35,081 nt of DNA from a virus (lineage: Duplodnaviria; Caudoviricetes): IMG/VR virus record IMGVR_UViG_3300025102_000117, positions 1 to 35,081 of that record; one strand, 5' to 3'. Each line of letters opens with the position of its first letter. Position 1 is the stretch's first letter. Below the pieces are notes generated by a model, which saw nothing but the letters and a program-made list of their open reading frames with translations, was not told the origin of the DNA and ran no database searches. Made by a program: the position numbers and the translations under genes. Positions 9,539 to 17,580 of the stretch are shown here, in pieces.

Positions 9539-9978
9539 GTTGGGAGGATATATTAAAGAATCCGCCACCGTTAGATGCTAACGATGAAAAAGAAATTCAA
9601 GATTTAATGCGCTTTAGAAACATGGATAGGCAAACTGCCGAAAGAACGATTAGACGAAAAAATAAGAAAACAGGTCAAAGAAAACAACCCACTTATGAAG
9701 ATTATATGCGTTCTAGAAAAGAAGAAGTTTTAAAATTCAAAAGACGCTTTAAGAAAGTAGTCACCAATAAAAAGACAGGTAGAACTAAGACTGTTAAATA
9801 TGGTCAAGCAGGGAAAGCCAAAGACGGCGGAGATAGAATTAGACCAAATACTTCTAAGGGAGATGCTTATTGTGCTAGGTCAAATAAAATCAAAGGTAAT
9901 TGGAGAAGCGACCCAAATAGCCCTAATAATCTAAGCCGTAAAAAGTGGAAATGTCATGGTAATAAATCCAGTAAATGA
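9535..9978 (+). CDS. Two-module basic protein with MSWEDILK tag
   Basis: ATGA overlap. An internal EEVLK precedes a second module, TVKYGQ...AYCARS...SPNNLSRKKWKC. Confidence 0.75.
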   Translation: MSWEDILKNPPPLDANDEKEIQDLMRFRNMDRQTAERTIRRKNKKTGQRKQPTYEDYMRSRKEEVLKFKRRFKKVVTNKKTGRTKTVKYGQAGKAKDGGDRIRPNTSKGDAYCARSNKIKGNWRSDPNSPNNLSRKKWKCHGNKSSK

Positions 9979-9985
9979 TGCGAAG

Positions 9986-10004
9986 ATTCTATAATAGATA
10001 GAAT
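9986..10004 (+). promoter_or_regulatory. 7-bp inverted repeat (ATTCTAT-aatag-ATAGAAT) with a TATA-like core upstream of the portal gene
   Basis: Dyad read directly in one of the few intergenic gaps, about 30-45 bp upstream of the portal ATG. Function is inferred. Confidence 0.3.
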
Positions 10005-10031
10005 AGTCCAAAGTAAACGGGGGTAGTTGTT

Positions 10032-11669
10032 ATGGCAGAAAAACGAAGACGGTTCTCTTTCACAAATCTTTTCAGGCGTACTACACCAAAACCTGCCGAT
10101 AGGAATATTTACAACATGGGTATTCAAGAAAGGCAAAATAACTACATGATGACTGCCCCCATCATCTATTCTATGGTTCAACAATCAGTTATTGTTAGAA
10201 CTTGTATAACTCAACTGAAGCAGGAAGTCTACAGAAGAGGCTATGAATGGGAAAAAGCATACGAAGCACTTTGTAATGATTGCGGTAAGAAACACACTAC
10301 TCCTGCTACAGAATGTATTAGGTGTGGCTCAACTAATTTGAAAGTTCCCGATGTCAAACAGTTAGAATATGCTGAAAAATTCTTAGAAGGTTATGTCAAT
10401 TCATCCGAGCAATTGTTTATTGATGTCTTAAAAGAACTAGAGGATGATTTGAATATCATGGATGACGCATACATAGTTATGGTCAAAGAATATTTCTTAG
10501 ACGGTAATGGTAAAATTAGAATGCATCGTGTTAAAGAAGTATATCGTGGCGACCCTGTTACCATGTTTATTTATGCCGATGAAGATGGTGTTAAAGGAAC
10601 AAAGGGTTTCACTTGTGTTCATCATAGAGATGCTATCTCTACAGAACCTCATGACACTTGCGAAACTTGTGGCTCTCCTCTTAAGCCAATACACTATGTA
10701 AATAGAGCAAAGGGAGATGACCAATATTTCCTAAAAGGAGAAGTCTTACATTTTAGTAAGTATAGTCCTTCTAGGCTTTATGGTTTCTCTCCTGTAATTA
10801 CACTTTACAATCACATTATGACTTTAATTGCTATGGAAAACTATGTCAATTCAGCCTACACTAAGAGCAGAATGCCAAGAGGTTTACTGGCCGTTCAAAC
10901 TAGAAACATGGATTCAATGAGAGCCTTTTGGAGAGGAGTAAAAGAAAAGATGGAACAAGACCCTCATTTTATTCCAGTAATGGGAATAGAAGCAGAAGGT
11001 GGTAAGGGTGCTGTTGAGTGGATTAAGTTCATGGATAGTCTAAAAGAGATGGATTATATTTCTGTTAAGGATGATTTGAGAGATAGAATATCAGCATTTT
11101 ATGGAGTAAGTAAAGTTTTCATGGCTGATAATACTACAAGTGGTGGATTAAATAATGAAGGCATGCAGATACTTGTAACTAATAGGGCAGTTCAAATGGC
11201 TCAAAATGTTTACAATAATTATGTATTTCCATATCTTGTTAAGCAATTTGGCATTACTGACTGGAAACTTAAACTTCCTCCAAGTGAAGAAGAAGATGAA
11301 ATTGCGGGATTAAGAAAGAAAGAAATCGAAGTTAATATTGCGGCTTCAATAAAGAACTTAGGTTTTGAAGTTGATATGGATGAGGATGGTAACTTTACTT
11401 ACAATAAACCCGAACCCGAACCAACGGAGGGAGAGCCACAAGAAGGTGGAGAAGAACAAATAGAAGGCGACCCGTATGCGGGAACTAATATAGATGCTTC
11501 ACAAATGGGGCAGATGCAGGAACAGATGATGTCTCAACCACAAGAAAATCCGGCAACAACTAGAAATAAACCTTCTATGAGTACAGGGCCGGATAAAAGA
11601 TTAACTGGATTACCTCAAGATGCAGGTAATCAAAATGTAGATACACGAACCGAAAGGAGGACAGGTTAG
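10032..11669 (+). CDS. Portal protein with two Zn-ribbon insertions
   Basis: Position between terminase and head genes. Portal-type segments: IVRTCITQLK, DDLNIMDDAY, EVLHF...LYGFSPV, MPRGLL, DRISAFYGVSKVFMA, followed by an acidic/disordered tail. CNDC..CIRC and CVHH..CETC insertions. Confidence 0.88.
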   Translation: MAEKRRRFSFTNLFRRTTPKPADRNIYNMGIQERQNNYMMTAPIIYSMVQQSVIVRTCITQLKQEVYRRGYEWEKAYEALCNDCGKKHTTPATECIRCGSTNLKVPDVKQLEYAEKFLEGYVNSSEQLFIDVLKELEDDLNIMDDAYIVMVKEYFLDGNGKIRMHRVKEVYRGDPVTMFIYADEDGVKGTKGFTCVHHRDAISTEPHDTCETCGSPLKPIHYVNRAKGDDQYFLKGEVLHFSKYSPSRLYGFSPVITLYNHIMTLIAMENYVNSAYTKSRMPRGLLAVQTRNMDSMRAFWRGVKEKMEQDPHFIPVMGIEAEGGKGAVEWIKFMDSLKEMDYISVKDDLRDRISAFYGVSKVFMADNTTSGGLNNEGMQILVTNRAVQMAQNVYNNYVFPYLVKQFGITDWKLKLPPSEEEDEIAGLRKKEIEVNIAASIKNLGFEVDMDEDGNFTYNKPEPEPTEGEPQEGGEEQIEGDPYAGTNIDASQMGQMQEQMMSQPQENPATTRNKPSMSTGPDKRLTGLPQDAGNQNVDTRTERRTG

Positions 11670-11909
11670 ATGAGTTGGGAAGATATATTAAAAGCAGGTA
11701 AAGAAAAAACCTTAATCAATAGGCTAAAAAACATGGCAAAAAAAACAGGAGAAACATTAGGTTATTTATTGATGATGTTCATAATGGGTAAAGGAACTGC
11801 TAACTTTGTTAAAGAAACTGGATTTAGAATAGGGCAATTTACAGAAGAAGAAATAGAAAGGTTGGAATCTTATAGACATGAAATCTACCCAAGCCCCGAT
11901 GATAATTAG
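11670..11909 (+). CDS. Small protein with MSWEDILK tag
   Basis: Starts immediately after the portal stop. Its first 8 aa are identical to those of ORF 9535. Confidence 0.75.
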   Translation: MSWEDILKAGKEKTLINRLKNMAKKTGETLGYLLMMFIMGKGTANFVKETGFRIGQFTEEEIERLESYRHEIYPSPDDN

Positions 11910-11917
11910 GTGATAAA

Positions 11918-12145
11918 ATGAAAGAAGACAATAGACAGAAAGAGATTAGATTGAAAAAAGAACTAGCAAAAGTAAAGACACAGAATGCAAATGAGACTAG
12001 AAAGACCACGAAGAATCGTGATTTTTCTGTTGGTGGACTACCACCGGACACAACTCATAAAGCAATAAGAGCATCTAATGATGTTCCCGATGTTATCTTA
12101 CCCCCACAAAAGCGTAGGGGTAAGAAAGAGAACATTCCATTTTGA
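11918..12145 (+). CDS. Small basic hypothetical protein
   Basis: AGGTGA SD upstream; fills the gap. Confidence 0.7.
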   Translation: MKEDNRQKEIRLKKELAKVKTQNANETRKTTKNRDFSVGGLPPDTTHKAIRASNDVPDVILPPQKRRGKKENIPF

Positions 12146-12154
12146 GGCGTTACT

Positions 12155-15100
12155 ATGTTTATGAAGGCTATCTTGCACAATAAAGAAGATGACCTTCATT
12201 TTCTTTTGAAGTGTTTGGTAGATGAAATAGATGAAGGCTTACTTCTAAAGCAGGATGAGTTTGAAGAGGCTGATAAAAAACTAGAATCGGCTAGAGAAAA
12301 AGATGAAGAAACTGCCGCACAAACAGAAAAAGAACTCGCTTCGCATATTGAAAACACAATGGGAGAAAAGGTGGCGGATAAAGACGAAGAAAATAAAATG
12401 GTTGAAGCCTATAATAAAATGTATAGCGGTTTCCTAAATTATGTTAAAGATAGATTTACTGACAAAGAAGTTATTGAAAGGTATGAAGGCACAGAAGAAC
12501 AAAAGGGCAGAATACAATTATTACAAGATGAACTGGATGAGAAAACACCGTTAAGAGAAGGTTCAAGAAAAGCCCCCCTTACTGATGCACAAAAAGAAAA
12601 CTACAAACAACAAATTGAAGGAATGGAAAAAGAAGTTGCTAATGCAAAGAAAAACATTGCAGATAAAAAGGCAAGAGAAGAAAAAGCCCTTAAAGATATT
12701 GAGGATGGTAAAGATTTAGTCATAGACTTAGGTAGTGATTCTCAATTTAAACCACTTACTATTCCTAATGCCGATGTCGTAAGAGCATTGAATGAATATA
12801 AGAAAACTGCTAAAGTAAAAGCAGAAGCAAAAGACATACGCCCACCGAAGGCTTCTACTTTAGAAGGTTTAGAAACCCTAGCAGGAAATCCCACTAAAAG
12901 ACTAAAAGAATTATTAGGAGATAAAAAGGTAAAAGACGCTTTAGGAGATAAAGTTGAATTGGGTACAAAAACTATTTCCGACGCTTTTATTGAAGCAGAA
13001 GATAAAGGAAAGGCACTTGAAGCCTATGATAGAGCATTGGGTTTAATTCAAACCGAATTAAAAAATCTAAAAAGACTAAAAACTAAGACTACTACTAAAA
13101 ATAAAATAGAAGAACTTGATAAGAAAGTGAAGGATTTACAAGGTTTATACAACACTTTCCAAGAAAGAAGAAATAATGTCCGTGAAGACAAAGGAGATAG
13201 GTCTGTTACTCCTATGTCTACTACTAAAACATACTACAAAGACCTTAAAGAAGCCATAGAAGATTTTAGAGCAAGTGCTATTACACATAAAGATAACCCC
13301 AACAGAATAAAAATAGCCGCAAAAAAACATTTAGATTCAACTAACTTAGGTGATTTTCAAACAGTTCTTGCTGTTATTAATGTAATGAAGGGTAGCGAAG
13401 TTAGAGCAGATAAGTTACAAGAAGCCGAAAAGAGAAAGGCTAAACTCAAAACAGAAATAGAGGGTTTGAAAGGGCAAGGCAGAAAAACCTCAAGAAGAAA
13501 TAAACTTATTCAAGAGTTTGAATCTACTATTAGAGAGATACAAGAGTTACACCAACTTAAAGATATTAAAGAAGGTAAGATAAAAACAAGAACACAGTTA
13601 GGAATAGAACCTACTGCTCCTAGTAAACAAGTAAAAACTATGAGCGATAAAGATTTTAGAGAAGTCCTATCGGGAAGTCCTACATCTATAGACAAAATAA
13701 AGGAACAGGTAGAACAAGAATTATCTTTGACATATGACCAGTTTAAGGCTGAAGGTGAAAAGAAAAGAAAAGAAGCAATCAAAGCATTAGATGTTGCTTT
13801 TGAAAGAAAGGAAGAGAATGATGACAATACTAAAGAATATAATAAAAATAAAGAAAGAATAAATCTTTATTATAGTGATGATGAAAAAGACGGTTCTCTT
13901 AGCAAGAAAACATATAATCAACAGAAGAAGAGACTAAAAGTTAGATTGGCAGAAATAAAACAATCAGTGAAGGATTCTGCCGAAGACAAAAAACGACAGT
14001 CAAGAACATCAGCAGACATTAAAGAAAGAAAAGAAAAGGAAGATGCTGAATTAGCAGAAGACTTGAAAAGAATTCAACAAGGAAGAAAAAAGCGATTGAA
14101 AAAACAAGACATCGTAGATACTTTCTTAAGATATGATATTAATAAAGATAAAAAATTAGTATTAAGAGATATTCCCTTTGATGAAGAATCTAAAGACTAT
14201 GCTACTATTAAGAAAACCATAGATGAAATACTGCAACTATTACAAAAAGAAGTCAAAGGTTTTGATGCTAATCTTGAAACTGTTATAAAAGCATCATTTG
14301 ATTACAATGAACCCGATGTATCGGAAGCAGGTAAAGAGAAAAGAAAGAAACTAAAAGAAAAATTACAGGCTAAGAGAAGAAGCCTTAGAGGAAAGAGGGC
14401 AGGTAAAGAACAAATAAAAGCAACACTACCTGCTAACTTGATTAAACAACTTGCTGATTTAGAAGATGATATATCGGATTTAGTTATAGAATATTTAACA
14501 AAAATGTTTCCCAATTTTACTTTGTCATTAAAACTACCTACCCTCAATGTTTTTCCAGTTGTTGTATATACAAAAGAGTCTGTTAAGTTAAGGGAAAAAG
14601 AATTCAAAGAATATGTTGAAAAGGGGGTTGAACGGAAAAAAAGAAAATACACGCCTTTAGTTAAAGAAAAAATAGGTTCGCCTAGAGTAATAGAGGCGAG
14701 AGTAGAGATATTTAGTAAGGAGGGTAAGGCTAGTAAGACTAAAGATAACTATGTCAAATCGTCTCTTTCGGAGCATTTTAGATTATTCCCTACTCTAATT
14801 GATGATAGCGATAAACAAAAACCAAACTCACTGGCAGTACAAGAAATGTGGGGAGGACTTATTGATAATTTAAATGAATTAAGTAAACTCTCCATAACTA
14901 AAAAAGAAAAAGAAGACACCAAGAAATTCCTTGAAGAATATGATAAAGATTTAGAAAATAAATTCAAAGCGTTCAAAGGTGCTAAAACAGATTTACTTAA
15001 GTTCTTTGAAGCCATAACAAAATTTGCTGAAGACTATGAAAAACTCGCTGACGAGTATGATAAAGTAGTAGCGCAGATGAAAGGCGGTAAGGCTAAAACA

Positions 15101-16141
15101 GGCAAGGCTTTAGAAAGTGAACTTAGAACTAAATGGGATGCTTGGATGAAAACAAACGAAGGCAAAGAACTGCCACTGAATTTTATGGGAGTTGAAATAA
15201 AAGACTCGGATTTAAAAGATAAAACTATTTCAAAAGAAGAAAAGGAGAAGACACCATTAGACTTCTTTATCGAAAGAATGTCTCGAACTTTAGAAATTAT
15301 TAGAGAATATTACAGAAGGGCAAAGAAAGTCAATGAAGGCCAAAGACCTACTAAAGAGGAAGTGACTTCTTTAGAAAATGATATTGTGTCTACAATCAAA
15401 CAGACAGAATCCTTAGATTCTACTAAAGAAATATTCTTGACTAAAGAAGAAAGAGAAGACATCATGGATGGTTTAGTTCATCTAAAGAAAGAAATAGGAT
15501 TACCAACTCAAAGTGAAAAATCCGTAGATAATTTAATAGATTTAGAACAAGCGTATGAGAATGCATTGAGTAGATTGACTACAAAAGAAACAGAAGAATC
15601 CACAATCAAACCATCTACTACAGAACAAAAAGGAACGCCACCATCCGCAGAAGAGTTACAGGCTTGGTTTGAAAATTGGTTGGAAAGAGAATTAAAATTT
15701 TCCAACAAAAAAGATTTGAAAGGAGATAAGAAGAACTTACAATCAAAGGCTAAAGAGTTAGAAGAAAGACTAGTCGGTTTATTAGAAGTTTTCTTTGTTA
15801 ATATCAAAAAGTCTTCAATAGTTGAATTTAAGAATAAACTAAAGATACAGGACTACAAAAGAAATCCACAATCTCTAAGAAGAATACTACTAACCAAAAC
15901 AGTAAGTGACTCTAAGGCATTTGATAATGTTGCAGACCTAGAAAGTCTAATGAAACAATTTATGGGATTAGATGAAAAGTTAAAGAAAGAAATGGACTTG
16001 AATAGAATTTTGGCTGAAGTAGATAAAATAGAAATACTTGCTGATTTTGCAGAATTGCCGAAGAACTTTTCTGAAGAAACAAACGCACTTGAAAGAGAAA
16101 TTCTTGAAGAAATTAGAGCAGAAAAGGAGGAAGGAAAATGA
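12155..16141 (+). CDS. Very large K/E-rich predicted coiled-coil protein (1328 aa)
   Basis: Long ORF with a charged helical composition and no catalytic motif recognised. Lies between portal and protease. Confidence 0.8.
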   Translation: MFMKAILHNKEDDLHFLLKCLVDEIDEGLLLKQDEFEEADKKLESAREKDEETAAQTEKELASHIENTMGEKVADKDEENKMVEAYNKMYSGFLNYVKDRFTDKEVIERYEGTEEQKGRIQLLQDELDEKTPLREGSRKAPLTDAQKENYKQQIEGMEKEVANAKKNIADKKAREEKALKDIEDGKDLVIDLGSDSQFKPLTIPNADVVRALNEYKKTAKVKAEAKDIRPPKASTLEGLETLAGNPTKRLKELLGDKKVKDALGDKVELGTKTISDAFIEAEDKGKALEAYDRALGLIQTELKNLKRLKTKTTTKNKIEELDKKVKDLQGLYNTFQERRNNVREDKGDRSVTPMSTTKTYYKDLKEAIEDFRASAITHKDNPNRIKIAAKKHLDSTNLGDFQTVLAVINVMKGSEVRADKLQEAEKRKAKLKTEIEGLKGQGRKTSRRNKLIQEFESTIREIQELHQLKDIKEGKIKTRTQLGIEPTAPSKQVKTMSDKDFREVLSGSPTSIDKIKEQVEQELSLTYDQFKAEGEKKRKEAIKALDVAFERKEENDDNTKEYNKNKERINLYYSDDEKDGSLSKKTYNQQKKRLKVRLAEIKQSVKDSAEDKKRQSRTSADIKERKEKEDAELAEDLKRIQQGRKKRLKKQDIVDTFLRYDINKDKKLVLRDIPFDEESKDYATIKKTIDEILQLLQKEVKGFDANLETVIKASFDYNEPDVSEAGKEKRKKLKEKLQAKRRSLRGKRAGKEQIKATLPANLIKQLADLEDDISDLVIEYLTKMFPNFTLSLKLPTLNVFPVVVYTKESVKLREKEFKEYVEKGVERKKRKYTPLVKEKIGSPRVIEARVEIFSKEGKASKTKDNYVKSSLSEHFRLFPTLIDDSDKQKPNSLAVQEMWGGLIDNLNELSKLSITKKEKEDTKKFLEEYDKDLENKFKAFKGAKTDLLKFFEAITKFAEDYEKLADEYDKVVAQMKGGKAKTGKALESELRTKWDAWMKTNEGKELPLNFMGVEIKDSDLKDKTISKEEKEKTPLDFFIERMSRTLEIIREYYRRAKKVNEGQRPTKEEVTSLENDIVSTIKQTESLDSTKEIFLTKEEREDIMDGLVHLKKEIGLPTQSEKSVDNLIDLEQAYENALSRLTTKETEESTIKPSTTEQKGTPPSAEELQAWFENWLERELKFSNKKDLKGDKKNLQSKAKELEERLVGLLEVFFVNIKKSSIVEFKNKLKIQDYKRNPQSLRRILLTKTVSDSKAFDNVADLESLMKQFMGLDEKLKKEMDLNRILAEVDKIEILADFAELPKNFSEETNALEREILEEIRAEKEEGK

Positions 16142-16497
16142 CATGGGATTATTATGAAGAAGGTAAAGAGTTTACCATAAAGAAAGAAGAAAAAGTAAAG
16201 AAGAATATATTAGACACACTGGATAAAAAACAGACTAAGCGTTTAAAGAAAATACTACAATCAACACAACCAACTGAATTTTTTGGTCAAGACTTTACTA
16301 AGTTAGGCGAATTAATTACTGCACTAAAAGATGTAGAATTAGTTAAGTCCGATAAGAAACTTACAAAGAAAATGAAGTCTATGGATGAACGGAATGTAGA
16401 TATAGTCGCTTCGGCTACCGAACTTCGTAAGGACTATGAATTGCTTTACAGACAACTAAGAGATTTAGTATATCCAAAGAAGGAGGAAAAGAGATGA
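16138..16497 (+). CDS. Hypothetical helical protein (MTWDYYEE...TIKK N-terminus)
   Basis: ATGA overlaps at both ends; AGGAGG upstream. Confidence 0.75.
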   Translation: MTWDYYEEGKEFTIKKEEKVKKNILDTLDKKQTKRLKKILQSTQPTEFFGQDFTKLGELITALKDVELVKSDKKLTKKMKSMDERNVDIVASATELRKDYELLYRQLRDLVYPKKEEKR

Positions 16498-16781
16498 CAT
16501 GGTGGAGCATAATAAAAATTAGCGAAGATGCTAAACGCTCTATTATGGATAGGTTTGGGTCTAAAAAGGAAAGAAGACCTAAAAAATCCATAGGGCAATC
16601 TTTTGGAACTAAAGGAAAAGCCGCTACTTCGGCAACTAAACCTTGTCAAATGTGTGGACAAAAAAAATCTATGCGAAATATAAATTATTATCCTCCCATG
16701 AAAGCACTATGTAATTCATGTGCTAAGTTCAAATATGGGGAAGATTACAAATCAAAGAAGACAAAGATAGAACCGGATTGA
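16494..16781 (+). CDS. Basic Zn-finger protein with MTWWSIIK tag
   Basis: CQMC...CNSC; AGGAGG SD; ATGA overlap. Confidence 0.75.
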   Translation: MTWWSIIKISEDAKRSIMDRFGSKKERRPKKSIGQSFGTKGKAATSATKPCQMCGQKKSMRNINYYPPMKALCNSCAKFKYGEDYKSKKTKIEPD

Positions 16782-16786
16782 TAAAT

Positions 16787-17035
16787 ATGAGTGAAGAAAA
16801 TACAATTAATGAAGAACTACTTGAGATAATCAAGGCACTAACTTCTAAGATAGAAAGTTTAGAGAGAGCAGTTTACAATGACGATAACCTACTAATGAAG
16901 TCCGGTTTTGTTGTTGTTGATAGCCCTACTCCAAGAATGAACAACGGAACCATTGGTGGTTCTCCATTGAAAGATGTTGGAAATATGGAATGGAAAGACA
17001 TTCATAAGATGGTAGAAAAAGTAGGTGGACAATAA
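16787..17035 (+). CDS. Small scaffold-like protein sharing the C-terminal NMxWxDIHKMV motif with the prohead scaffold
   Basis: Start reassigned to the ATG at 16787. N-terminal coiled coil. C-terminal NMEWKDIHKMV compares with NMDWSDIHKMV in ORF 20190..21407. Confidence 0.75.
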   Translation: MSEENTINEELLEIIKALTSKIESLERAVYNDDNLLMKSGFVVVDSPTPRMNNGTIGGSPLKDVGNMEWKDIHKMVEKVGGQ

Positions 17036-17574
17036 TGCCGGAAAGAGTAACAAGAGAAGAAAAAATAATTAGCCTCGCTATTGAAAAAGCAAGAAAGGCT
17101 AAGGAAGAATTAAGCGCAAAAAAGAGAATGAACATAGAACCTACTCAAGTAAAAGAAGTAGATACTAGCGTAGAGGAAGTTAAGATTAAGCGACCTAAAG
17201 TACAAGATGCTTCTAAGATTACTAACCAAACCCGAAAAGATGAAGGGTATGGTTTAGCCGGTGAGAGTTTGAAAAAGGCAGAAAGAACAATAGAGCAAGA
17301 TAATGAATCCTATGCTAGAGCAGTTAAGCAACTCGAAAATGAATTTAAAGTTGCCATCAAAGAGATAAAGGCTTTTGGGAGAGTAGGAGCGTATGCGGGG
17401 AGAGAACCTAGTCTAAAGGAATTAGAAAACGCACTTAAGGGCATGGAAATTAATCTTGATAGAAAAGAATACAACAATTCTAGGATAAGACAGGGTAAGG
17501 AAAATATGCCAAGTTATAGCGAATATAAAACAAGCCTAGAAACCCCCGAAGAAAGAGCAAGAAAAGTTAGTTGA
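17035..17574 (+). CDS. Hypothetical charged protein
   Basis: TAATG coupling; AGGTGG SD. Confidence 0.75.
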   Translation: MPERVTREEKIISLAIEKARKAKEELSAKKRMNIEPTQVKEVDTSVEEVKIKRPKVQDASKITNQTRKDEGYGLAGESLKKAERTIEQDNESYARAVKQLENEFKVAIKEIKAFGRVGAYAGREPSLKELENALKGMEINLDRKEYNNSRIRQGKENMPSYSEYKTSLETPEERARKVS

Positions 17575-17580
17575 TGTTTC

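Noticed and set aside
5422-10701. Alternative-frame + strand ORFs 5422..5685, 7102..7293 and 10507..10701
   Set aside because: They are fully nested in terminase, the LAGLIDADG fusion and portal, with no supporting signals.
12155-16141. Tape measure or SMC/Rad50 assignment for the 1328-aa protein
   Set aside because: No Walker motifs are seen, it lies in the head module, and a better tape-measure candidate follows the chaperones at 34174.
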